This document shows, one piece after another, positions 25,717 through 34,858 of a stretch of DNA of 64,000 nt. The stretch comes from Fluviicola sp. (GTDB lineage Bacteria; Bacteroidota; Bacteroidia; Flavobacteriales_D; Crocinitomicaceae): the NCBI RefSeq assembly GCF_039596395.1, contig NZ_JBCNJT010000001.1, forward strand, positions 715,315-779,314, read 5' to 3'. The first letter of the stretch is position 1. The number at the start of each line of letters is the position of its first letter. Below the pieces are notes generated by a model, which was not told where the DNA came from, made no database searches, and saw only the letters and a list, made by a program, of their open reading frames with translations. The position numbers were made by a program, and so were the translations under genes.

Positions 25717-26257
25717 AGAACGCTTCGTCTGTGTCGACCAGGTAGCGTTCTTTGATGATATTACAATGATGGATAACGTGTCCGACCATGATCCAGCCGA
25801 GATTCCGCGGGGTGTTCGGGGTGTTGTTTGCCGTTCCTGCAAAATCCAGCATGGAAGCATTCATCCCTTTGAACAGGGAAATGCCTGCTTTTCTTACATC
25901 GATGAATTCCTGTCTCAGGTCTTCCAGCGAGCGTTGATCTATGTTGTTGTTTTGGGCATACAAGCCTTCATCGAATCCGTCTACCGGTGTTTTGTCCTTG
26001 CGTGAAAAGCGAAGTGCCCGGTATTGGAAAATGCGTTCCGTTTCAATAAAATGCAGGATCACACCTTTGAGTGTCCATTTTTCATCGGCATACTGGAAAT
26101 CGGCTTTTGCTTCGGGAAGACCGGCTATAAAGTCTGCAGTTTCGGTTAAATTGTTTTCCAGTGCAAGCAACAGATCATCCTGGCCAATGGTGCGGTCAAA
26201 ATAGTATTTGGCATACGCCGGTGCAACTTCCGGATCGGGCCTTCCGATGAAACTCAT
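25715..26257 (-). CDS. DinB family protein
   Basis: YADEKWTLKGVILHFIETERIFQYRALRF, GHVIHH. Confidence 0.9.
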   Translation of the reverse strand: MSFIGRPDPEVAPAYAKYYFDRTIGQDDLLLALENNLTETADFIAGLPEAKADFQYADEKWTLKGVILHFIETERIFQYRALRFSRKDKTPVDGFDEGLYAQNNNIDQRSLEDLRQEFIDVRKAGISLFKGMNASMLDFAGTANNTPNTPRNLGWIMVGHVIHHCNIIKERYLVDTDEAF

Positions 26258-26325
26258 ATTCGAACATTTTAGGAACTCTAAAGTTAGGAAATGTTTGAAA
26301 CATAGTTCCTGAAAAGCACTTAAAG

Positions 26326-27159
26326 TTATTGGATAGACTTTCTTTTTGCCGCTTTCCCGATTTTAAGTACAAACCCGGTATTGATGTAGCCGGTTGTAAA
26401 GTACCCGGTCTCCACAAATGCCCCGAAATGTCTCAGGAACATGAAGTTTGACCCGATGCAGACATTGGCAACCGGGATCACATCGCTGCCGATAAAGTCT
26501 CCGCTGTAACTATAATTGTTGTAGTGATTTCTCATGGCTGCTCCGGCCATAAACGAGAAATAGGGTTGTATTACTTTCACAGGAATAGGTGCAATGTATT
26601 TCACGTTGACCGTATAGGCAAACACTTCTGAGTATACTCCCGAATCGTAAGCAGCATTATCTGTTCCTGCAATACTTACTCTTGCTCCAACGCTGATACC
26701 GCGGACAAACACATTTTTGCGCGGGAAGCGTACATCAAATCCGATAACCGGTTTGGAGATCCCGTTACCGCCCAGCCATGCATTGCCCACATAGAATGAA
26801 AAACCGGGATCAATACTTTGTATCTGGCGGACTTTCTCAATGTATGATTTCTTTTCACCGGTATTCAGCGGCTTTTCGTCCGTTTCTTTTTTGGGTGCTT
26901 CGCTTGTTTTTGGTTCCGTTGATTGCGGCGCGTTGATGACTTCTTTTGTTCCGTTCTCGTATTTAATCATAAAAACATCGGCTTTGGAAACGGAATAAGT
27001 GGGTCCTTCCAGGTTTGAAGTTTTTTTATACTTGATTTCACTTGTCCCGATTTCCAGCACTTTTGCAGGGATTTCTTCACCGGTCTTTAAAATGATGTTA
27101 TCCTGGGAAAACGAGATTCCACCGACAAATAATGTACATACAATCAATAAATATTTCAT
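26326..27159 (-). CDS. Hypothetical secreted protein with probable outer-membrane beta-barrel C-terminus
   Basis: QDNIILKTGEEIPAKVLEI N-domain, alternating beta-strands; start reassigned to MKYLL. Confidence 0.75.
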   Translation of the reverse strand: MKYLLIVCTLFVGGISFSQDNIILKTGEEIPAKVLEIGTSEIKYKKTSNLEGPTYSVSKADVFMIKYENGTKEVINAPQSTEPKTSEAPKKETDEKPLNTGEKKSYIEKVRQIQSIDPGFSFYVGNAWLGGNGISKPVIGFDVRFPRKNVFVRGISVGARVSIAGTDNAAYDSGVYSEVFAYTVNVKYIAPIPVKVIQPYFSFMAGAAMRNHYNNYSYSGDFIGSDVIPVANVCIGSNFMFLRHFGAFVETGYFTTGYINTGFVLKIGKAAKRKSIQ

Positions 27160-27324
27160 AGCAGCAATTTGCGGCAAAAGTAGAGAAATAAGTTCCGGAG
27201 ACAGCCGGTTTAATAACATGTGAGGCAAAAATACTCCAAAAGTAGTAGTGCCGATTTACGGTGATTTCATTCCATTTTTAAGCAATTTTCAGAAACCCTT
27301 CACCTGCTTTTTGGAGAATGCGAT

Positions 27325-27332
27325 TAATTTTG
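27325..27332 (+). promoter_or_regulatory. Bacteroidota -7 promoter element
   Basis: TAATTTTG 15 nt upstream of ATG 27348. Confidence 0.6.
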
Positions 27333-27347
27333 CCCCAAAAAAACCGC

Positions 27348-28916
27348 ATGAATCGAATAACCCTCTTTATCTTTCTGGCTGCAGCCCATTTTTCCTCCGG
27401 ACAAACACTTCAGGCACGGATTGCAGAAGCACAGACGCTGGATGAGTCGCTGAACCACGCATTGCTTGGCAGGTTGAATAACCAGCTTTACAGTATTTCC
27501 GAAGATAAGGATGCCATGAACATGGACATTTACGATACGGAGTCTCTGCGTTTACTGTACCACGAACAAATCCAGCTTTTCGAGAAGGATAAATTCGAAC
27601 TGGGAATAGAAGGTGTTTACCGCGTGCAAAACCAGTTTAAACTGGTAGCCAGCGGATTTTCAACCGGAACGAATCAATTTGCCGTTTTTATCTATACGAT
27701 CGGGGAAAACGGGAAACTCAGCGAACAATTCCAGCGCATACTTTTTACGGAGAAGTCCAAAACCAGTCATCATGTGTTAACAGATATACAAACGAGTCCT
27801 GACCATTCGTCATTGATGGTACATGTGGCTTTTGTAAACCAGTTTGCGGATTATGTGGACCATCATGTGCGTGTTTACAATGAGAAGCTGGTAAACCTGT
27901 TCAAAACGGATTATGCCTCTTTTCCGAAATCAGGGTCGAAACAAAGGTACGACCTGGTTTATCACCTGGGAAAAGAACATGTGTATGAATGTCAGCAGGA
28001 AGTTATTTACAATAAATCGCTGAAGAAATACCAAGCGGTTTTGAAGTTCCGGAAATTTGATTTCAAAGGCGAAGAAACAATTTATATCCAAAACGTAACA
28101 CTCAGCGATGGCTATCTGCTTTCTCCCGATATCCGGATGAAGGAAAAGGGTTCTGATCTGCAGGTTTTAGGTTCTTATCTGAGTACATCCAAAAAGGCAG
28201 TTATCGGCATCCGGGGTGTATATATTTTGAACCTGAACGGAGATCTGTCAGTTCGCTATGCGAAAACCAAAGCTTTTTCGGCAGCCACCAAATCGAAAAG
28301 TTTGAAAGGATATGAAAGCCCGGAGTTGTTGGATGTTCCGTTGCTTTACGGCTTGAATGAGTGTATTACGGACAGTAAGGGAAATACGTATATGCTTTAC
28401 GAACGTGCATCACAGACATCTTCTACCGGGTTGACGGAGTATTATTACGGATCTGTTATTGCGGTAAAAATTGATCCGGAAGGAAATGCGGAATGGGATA
28501 CTTTTATTGCAAAATCCCAATTTTTCAAAGAACGGGGAATTCCGCTCCTAGTGGTTGTTCCCGGATTTGTATTGGCAACACCTTTTGCTATCCGTATCTC
28601 AAAAGACAGCAGGCAATATTTGTCTTTTAAGTCTATCCTGAAAGACGATGAGCTTTACCTGATTTACAATGACAATCCGGCAAACGAAGGAAGACAGGCC
28701 GACCAGGGAAGGGAAAACATGATGAATTCCAAACAGGGAGTTCCTTTTTACATTCATCTTTCACCGTCCGGAAAAGTGGATTACCAGGTCTTGAAAAACC
28801 TGAAGATCGGTACGGAGATGCAGCGAATCATTTATTCGGTATCGCAGGGAACAACCTTGTTTACGCTTCGTGATTCGGGGAAAACTGAAACATTGCAGCG
28901 TATCGAGTTCGAATAA
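27348..28916 (+). CDS. Hypothetical secreted beta-rich protein
   Basis: Signal peptide MNRITLFIFLAAAHFSSGQ; no recognised motif. Confidence 0.75.
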   Translation: MNRITLFIFLAAAHFSSGQTLQARIAEAQTLDESLNHALLGRLNNQLYSISEDKDAMNMDIYDTESLRLLYHEQIQLFEKDKFELGIEGVYRVQNQFKLVASGFSTGTNQFAVFIYTIGENGKLSEQFQRILFTEKSKTSHHVLTDIQTSPDHSSLMVHVAFVNQFADYVDHHVRVYNEKLVNLFKTDYASFPKSGSKQRYDLVYHLGKEHVYECQQEVIYNKSLKKYQAVLKFRKFDFKGEETIYIQNVTLSDGYLLSPDIRMKEKGSDLQVLGSYLSTSKKAVIGIRGVYILNLNGDLSVRYAKTKAFSAATKSKSLKGYESPELLDVPLLYGLNECITDSKGNTYMLYERASQTSSTGLTEYYYGSVIAVKIDPEGNAEWDTFIAKSQFFKERGIPLLVVVPGFVLATPFAIRISKDSRQYLSFKSILKDDELYLIYNDNPANEGRQADQGRENMMNSKQGVPFYIHLSPSGKVDYQVLKNLKIGTEMQRIIYSVSQGTTLFTLRDSGKTETLQRIEFE

Positions 28917-28919
28917 GCG

Positions 28920-30287
28920 TTAGAGGTTTTTGTCCAGTAAATAAACGAAAGCGGCCATACTTGCGCAACCCAGTTCCAGTTCGCGCTTGTTGACACTTTC
29001 AAACACATCGCTTGCTGCGTGGTGGAAATCGAAATAGCGCTGCGAATCCGGAACAAAACCGAATAAAGGGATTCCTTCGTAATGTAATTTTAAAGGGCTG
29101 ATGTCCACACCTCCGTAACCCGCTTCGAAATGATGCAAATCATAAGGTTTCAGTAAGGATGCAAATCCTTTGATCAGTTGCACGTAGGATTCTTTTCCGT
29201 CGCATTCGAAACCATCCGGGCTAAATCCGCCGCGGTCACTTTCCACGGCTGCAATCTGCTTCTGGTTTTGCTCTTTTGCCCATTTTGCATACGCATGTCC
29301 GCCCTTGTTCCCGTTTTCTTCGTTCATGAAGAAAACCACGCGGATCGTATGTTTGGGTTTGATCCCCGAAGCTTTCAGAATGCGTAATGCTTCCAGGCAG
29401 TGAACGATTCCCGCTCCGTCATCGTGTGCACCTTCACCTGCATCCCAGGAATCCAAATGTCCGCCGATTGTAATCACTTCATTGGGTTTTTCGCTTCCGG
29501 TCAGTTCTCCCATTACGTTAAAGGAAGGCTCATCCGGGAAATCGCGGCAATCCATCTCCATGATCAGGGTTACTTTTCCTTTTTGCAGTGCTTTTGAAAG
29601 TTCGTTGGAGGAACTGGTGGAAAGTGCCCCGGCCGGGATTTTGGTGACTCCGTCTTCGTAATACATGGAACCTGTGTGCGGGAAATGATCATCCGGCATT
29701 GCCAGTGAACGGATAACGACACCAACAGCTCCCAGTTTTGCCCCTTCCGCAGCACCTTGTCCGCGAATACCATAGCATCCGCCGTAAGCTGTGAAAGTAC
29801 CGATATCAGCAGGATTCATGGGCTGGTTCAGGAAAACGATTTTTCCCTGTACACTTGCTTTCGATGCTTTTTTCAAATCTTCCAGGGATTTGAACTCGAT
29901 CACTTCTGCTTTCAGCATTCCGTTTGTACCGATTGAACCTCCCAATGCCAGGATATCTACCGGAACGGCATCACCCGCCCCGCTTTGTATCCAGGCAACT
30001 TCCTTGTTTCCTCTTTCCCAGTGCGGAACCATGACAGGCTGCAGGTAAATTTTGTCAAACCCGTAAGTTTCCATTTTCCGTTTTCCCCATTCAACGGCCA
30101 TTTGGGCTTGTGATGAACCGGAAAGACGAGCTCCTACACCTTTACATAAGGAACGCAAGTCCTCATAAGACTTTCCGCGAACCAGCGCTTCATCGAAGAA
30201 CTTCCGGATTATGATCGAATCGTTTTGGGAATAAGTGTTGCTTAAACCGAATAGCGCTGAAATAAGGAAGAGTTTTCGAAATAACAT
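28920..30287 (-). CDS. M28 family peptidase (carboxypeptidase Q-like, with PA domain)
   Basis: GGHLDSWD, AHDDGAG, FMNEENG, ESDRG, FDFHH. Confidence 0.92.
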   Translation of the reverse strand: MLFRKLFLISALFGLSNTYSQNDSIIIRKFFDEALVRGKSYEDLRSLCKGVGARLSGSSQAQMAVEWGKRKMETYGFDKIYLQPVMVPHWERGNKEVAWIQSGAGDAVPVDILALGGSIGTNGMLKAEVIEFKSLEDLKKASKASVQGKIVFLNQPMNPADIGTFTAYGGCYGIRGQGAAEGAKLGAVGVVIRSLAMPDDHFPHTGSMYYEDGVTKIPAGALSTSSSNELSKALQKGKVTLIMEMDCRDFPDEPSFNVMGELTGSEKPNEVITIGGHLDSWDAGEGAHDDGAGIVHCLEALRILKASGIKPKHTIRVVFFMNEENGNKGGHAYAKWAKEQNQKQIAAVESDRGGFSPDGFECDGKESYVQLIKGFASLLKPYDLHHFEAGYGGVDISPLKLHYEGIPLFGFVPDSQRYFDFHHAASDVFESVNKRELELGCASMAAFVYLLDKNL

Positions 30288-30403
30288 ACTTTTTTGTTTG
30301 GTGCTTCGCGAAAATAGGAAAAGAATTGAGTCTTATTACTTCTGTCTATGATACTTTATCCGGAAATTATGTTTGGCCTTCTATAAGCCAGTTGAAATAA
30401 TAT

Positions 30404-30438
30404 AATGGCGGGAAGTTCTTATTGAAAGTCCCGCCATT
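30404..30438. terminator. Hairpin terminator after 30463 gene
   Basis: AATGGCGGGA / TCCCGCCATT. Confidence 0.75.
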
Positions 30439-30462
30439 TGAAAGCTTTATGAAATTGGTCTG

Positions 30463-33417
30463 TTACATGATCACCACTTTTTTGGTATAAGATTTAACTG
30501 GAGTCACTACTTTTAAATAGTAGACCCCACTGGTCACTTGACCAAGACTTATTTTCATATCCCGATGAGATTCACGATTATTAAAGTTGCGATTAAACAT
30601 TTGTTTGCCCTGAACATCTGCAATCGTTATGTTTATAATGTCCTGATCAAAATTTTCAGAAAAAGAAATAGTGAATTCTCCGTTGTTTGGGTTTGGATAT
30701 AAGGTGATTGCCTCTTCCAATTCCAGATCATGAAGCATTTCAGAATTATTATTGGCCATAATGAGAGTAGTACATGGCCAGGAACTTGCAGGATTGGGTC
30801 TGAATGCATACAACCCACTTGTAAAGTTAAAAGCAGAGTTATTTTTAATTGCTAAAAGCTCTTGCTGACTTGCGTTAGGTGTGGTTTTTAAGAATAGGTA
30901 TTTAGATGTTGCTGAAGTAATGCTCCAATCCGAAATAACCGGATAATTGACGCCATCCCATGAGCTTGAAGCATTAGAACTGGTCCAATTGACAAAATCA
31001 AAAATCGCGCAAGCAGATGAATTAATTCCTAGAATTTCATCGCTTTTATCGGAATCAAAATTACCAATCACCAGATTATTTCGATACGCATATAAACCGG
31101 AGTAATTGGTTGCATCAATCCAATAGGGAGAAGCACTGGAGTTCACCCATTTCCATGTATTAGTTGCGCTATTCCAGGTCGGTTTGAATAAAGCCATAGC
31201 ACCATTAGGTAACACACTTCCTAAAACCTCTTTTTTTCCGGTACCATCAAAATCACCTGCGATCAATTGGCTTCTATATGGCGTAAGGTAACTTAATTCA
31301 TACCCTGCACCCGGATTATTTGTTTGTCCCGAATTGGATTGTACCCAGGTCCAAACATTATTTACCAACTCAAATGTGGTGATCCAACTCCCGGATACTC
31401 CCATTATCGCAGCTTTTCCCTGGTTGTAGAAATCTCCTGAAATGACGTTCTGATAATAAGGGGCCATAGCAGCCATCGGATTACCGGTTGTTCCATAATT
31501 TGAATCCATCCACACCCATGTTGCATTGACCGGATTTGTATTCGGAGAAAACTTAAACCAGGTTGTCCAACCGGCTGAGGTTGCATTGATACTTATAACA
31601 TCGTCTTTTTTGTCACCATCAAAATCACCAACTACCAGGTTGTTCCTGTAGGGGTAAATGCCTCCGCCATTCGCCGAATTACTCTGATTATCCCAGATCA
31701 ATGTCCAGTTTGAAGAGAGATTATGATAATTACCACCGATTGAACTGAATGTTTCTTTGTAGGTGTAGATTGCCATTCTATCATTGTTATTGCTTGTATA
31801 TCTTACGCAAAGTAAATCTTCTTGCCCGTCACCATTAAAATCTCCTTTATAGAATTTATCATTGGGAGAAGAAATCCAATCATTGTTGAGTACGCTAGTC
31901 GTAGAATTGTTCGACCACTCTTTTGCCCAGGAGTTATGATTTACTTTAGTTAATGTATGGTTTAAAATGGAAGCTGATGGATTATTGATTGAAATGTTTG
32001 AGTAACCCGGATAGGAAACACTAAGATTAATTAAACCTGATCCGCTTGTGCCAATTCTATAGTATCCGGTTGCATCGGTGAAAGTCATGAAATTTCCATA
32101 AGCCCCATCTTTACCTATAACAACTGCATTTTCTATTGGATTACCATTGTTGTCTTTTACATATCCCTGACCCTTAAAGACAGATCCGTTGAAGACCGTA
32201 TAATAGTTGCTTGGTTTTGAACAATTACCGGTGTTTTGAGATAAGGTGTTATACGCAATAAATGGAGAAGGATTAGGATTTGTAGCCGGGTAAGCCACTT
32301 GTTTTGGAGCGCCTTCAGTATTTCCTGAATAGGGATAAAATAATCCAAAATGATCTTGGAGTGGATCTCCCCAGTGAACCTCCTGGTATTGCCACCAGGA
32401 ATATCCTTTGCAATTACAATCAACTGATTTTTGCAATGTATGTTGAGTATATGCTAATTGATCTGCTTCTGTTCCGACATTAGGGGCTGTTGGATTGGCC
32501 ATTCCACTATAACCGGTTTCTCCAATAATCCAAGGCATATGAATGGTTTTTCCGAGCCAATAGAGGAAAATATCCATATTATTCTTAGCTGTAGTGAGAT
32601 TTGTGTTTGTGGTATAGAGATGATAGGAAACAAAATCAACCTTCATTAAAAAAGGATCGTATGCATACAGGTCCCAAGGTGCTTGTAATCCAATGGTCGT
32701 TAAATGGTTCGGATCATTTTTTTTAATGCAATCATGCCATTCATTGATCATTTTGGAAAGATTGTATTTGTTATTAGGTCCGCTTGCGATCAACCCATTG
32801 TGAGGTTCATTCATTAAGTCATAGGCCATAACAGCAGGGTTTGAAGAAAAATTAGCAGCCACTGAACTTATGAAGTTTTTGTAAGTCGTGTTGTTATTAT
32901 CCATGTACTCGGCACCCCCTCCGAGCATATAGATAACCCGCAAATTAGCTGTGCTTATTTGAGTGAAAAATGTATTTAACAGATTAAAATAAGTAGCCTG
33001 ATTTCCTGTAGGATACTGATAAACAGGAGCATCGTTTGTTCCGGTATTAAGTAATCCAACACCAACCAACCTGATTTCAGTGAAACCTAAACTCCTGATG
33101 CGATTTAGGTCGGAAATCAACTTGTTTTTGGCAATAACAACCGTGTTGGCAGCATTGTTAGGGTCGAATTCCCAGCTCAAAGTACCCGGATTGGAAGAGT
33201 ATTGCCTGGTTGGAGATATATACCAATTACCGGACGGATCCTGTACGAATTCAATAGTATAATTACAAACCAGCGGTTTGTAAGCCGAACCATTGACCCT
33301 AAACTCATAAGTGCTGGAGGTATTTTGACAATTAGTAATTTGCACGTTCGTTTGGGCAATACTGAAAAAAGTAAAATGCAACAAAACGACCATGATTGAC
33401 CTGGTGATTGTTTTCAT
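30463..33417 (-). CDS. GH-A (GH5-like) TIM-barrel + FG-GAP/VCBS repeats + T9SS CTD
   Basis: AYDLMNEP, DFVSYHLY, IIGETG; five GDF(N/D)GDG-like repeats; LYPNPNNG CTD. Confidence 0.8.
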   Translation of the reverse strand: MKTITRSIMVVLLHFTFFSIAQTNVQITNCQNTSSTYEFRVNGSAYKPLVCNYTIEFVQDPSGNWYISPTRQYSSNPGTLSWEFDPNNAANTVVIAKNKLISDLNRIRSLGFTEIRLVGVGLLNTGTNDAPVYQYPTGNQATYFNLLNTFFTQISTANLRVIYMLGGGAEYMDNNNTTYKNFISSVAANFSSNPAVMAYDLMNEPHNGLIASGPNNKYNLSKMINEWHDCIKKNDPNHLTTIGLQAPWDLYAYDPFLMKVDFVSYHLYTTNTNLTTAKNNMDIFLYWLGKTIHMPWIIGETGYSGMANPTAPNVGTEADQLAYTQHTLQKSVDCNCKGYSWWQYQEVHWGDPLQDHFGLFYPYSGNTEGAPKQVAYPATNPNPSPFIAYNTLSQNTGNCSKPSNYYTVFNGSVFKGQGYVKDNNGNPIENAVVIGKDGAYGNFMTFTDATGYYRIGTSGSGLINLSVSYPGYSNISINNPSASILNHTLTKVNHNSWAKEWSNNSTTSVLNNDWISSPNDKFYKGDFNGDGQEDLLCVRYTSNNNDRMAIYTYKETFSSIGGNYHNLSSNWTLIWDNQSNSANGGGIYPYRNNLVVGDFDGDKKDDVISINATSAGWTTWFKFSPNTNPVNATWVWMDSNYGTTGNPMAAMAPYYQNVISGDFYNQGKAAIMGVSGSWITTFELVNNVWTWVQSNSGQTNNPGAGYELSYLTPYRSQLIAGDFDGTGKKEVLGSVLPNGAMALFKPTWNSATNTWKWVNSSASPYWIDATNYSGLYAYRNNLVIGNFDSDKSDEILGINSSACAIFDFVNWTSSNASSSWDGVNYPVISDWSITSATSKYLFLKTTPNASQQELLAIKNNSAFNFTSGLYAFRPNPASSWPCTTLIMANNNSEMLHDLELEEAITLYPNPNNGEFTISFSENFDQDIINITIADVQGKQMFNRNFNNRESHRDMKISLGQVTSGVYYLKVVTPVKSYTKKVVIM

Positions 33418-33495
33418 CGGTTGATTCTTTAAGATTTAGACTTCTAATATAAGTTTTTTCTGTAAACGATCCAATTTTACTTTTTAAATTATAAG

Positions 33496-33503
33496 TATCT
33501 TTG
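33496..33503 (+). promoter_or_regulatory. Bacteroidota -7 promoter element for ychF
   Basis: TATCTTTG. Confidence 0.65.
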
Positions 33504-33517
33504 CAAAAATTTTTTTT

Positions 33518-34615
33518 ATGGCATTGAAATGCGGAATTGTTGGTTTGCCGAATGTAGGTAAGTCGACTTTGTTTAATTGTTTATCCAACGCTAAAGCGCA
33601 ATCTGCGAATTTTCCTTTCTGTACGATCGAACCGAATGTGGGAACTATTTCCGTTCCGGACCCGCGTCTGGAGAAATTGGAATCGATGGTAAACCCGGAG
33701 CGAGTGGTTCCGACGACTATGGAAATCGTAGATATCGCAGGTTTGGTGAAAGGAGCTTCGAAAGGAGAAGGGTTGGGTAATCAATTTTTGGCAAATATCC
33801 GTGAAACCGATGCTATTTTGCACGTGTTGCGTTGTTTTGAGGACGGGAATATTATCCACGTCGACGGGCGTGTTGACCCGGTAAGCGACAAAGAGATCAT
33901 CGACATCGAATTGCAGTTGAAGGATTTGGAGTCTATTGAAAAAAGAATCCAGTCTTTGGCACGTGTCATTAAATCCGGAGATAAAGAAGCGGTCAAGGAA
34001 AATGACCTGGCGTTGGCGATCAAAGAAACTCTTGAAAAAGGAAAATCTGTTCGCTCGATGGATTTTGATGAGAACGAGCGCGAGATCGTGAAAAAGTTCC
34101 AATTGATTACTTCCAAGCCGGTGATGTATGTTTGTAACGTGGAAGAGTCTGCTGTTAAGACAGGAAATGCACACGTGGAAGCAGTTCGTGAAGCGGTGAA
34201 AGACGAAAATGCACAGATTTTGATCGTCGGAGCAAAGATCGAAGCAGATATTTCCGAATTGGAAACTTACGAAGAGCGCCAGATGTTCCTGGAAGAATTA
34301 GGATTGGAAGAACCGGGGGTGAACCGTTTGATCCGTTCGGCTTATGCGTTGCTGAACCTGCAAACGTATTTCACGGCAGGAGTGAAGGAAGTACGCGCAT
34401 GGACAGTTCCTGTAGGTGCAACTGCTCCGCAGGCGGCCGGTGTTATCCACACGGATTTCGAGAAAGGATTTATCCGTGCAGAAGTGATGAAGTACGACGA
34501 TTATACCACTTTGGGTTCCGAAGCAGCAGTAAAAGAAGCGGGGAAATTCAAAGTAGAAGGAAAAGAATACATTGTGCAGGACGGAGATATCATGCATTTC
34601 AGATTTAATGTGTAA
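33518..34615 (+). CDS. ychF: Redox-regulated ATPase YchF
   Basis: GLPNVGKST, NFPFCTIEPN, DIAGLVKGAS, TGS domain, MHFRFNV. Confidence 0.98.
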   Translation: MALKCGIVGLPNVGKSTLFNCLSNAKAQSANFPFCTIEPNVGTISVPDPRLEKLESMVNPERVVPTTMEIVDIAGLVKGASKGEGLGNQFLANIRETDAILHVLRCFEDGNIIHVDGRVDPVSDKEIIDIELQLKDLESIEKRIQSLARVIKSGDKEAVKENDLALAIKETLEKGKSVRSMDFDENEREIVKKFQLITSKPVMYVCNVEESAVKTGNAHVEAVREAVKDENAQILIVGAKIEADISELETYEERQMFLEELGLEEPGVNRLIRSAYALLNLQTYFTAGVKEVRAWTVPVGATAPQAAGVIHTDFEKGFIRAEVMKYDDYTTLGSEAAVKEAGKFKVEGKEYIVQDGDIMHFRFNV

Positions 34616-34641
34616 GCTCTTAATGAAGTATACTGATTTTG

Positions 34642-34671
34642 AAACCCCGGCATTTATCGCCGGGGTTTTTT
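34642..34671 (+). terminator. Intrinsic terminator
   Basis: AAACCCCGGC-ATTTATC-GCCGGGGTTT followed by T-run. Confidence 0.9.
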
Positions 34672-34708
34672 GCATATAATAAGCAGTGTTCGATATTGTT
34701 TTACAGAT

Positions 34709-34782
34709 ATGAATTCACGAAAAAATTAAAAATCTGGTTATCAGCAAGTTCAAAATCCGGCCTTTTGCAGTCGTGAATTCAT
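34709..34782. promoter_or_regulatory. 12-bp perfect inverted repeat, 50-bp spacer
   Basis: ATGAATTCACGA (34709-34720) / TCGTGAATTCAT (34771-34782). Confidence 0.5.
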
Positions 34783-34827
34783 CCTGTTTTATACTTCTAA
34801 ATTCCCCGTAAACCCTTACTGAATGGC

Positions 34828-34835
34828 TAATTTTG
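34828..34835 (+). promoter_or_regulatory. Bacteroidota -7 promoter element
   Basis: TAATTTTG 23 nt upstream of ATG 34859. Confidence 0.6.
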
Positions 34836-34858
34836 TGCCTGGTTTAATAAGAATTTGT

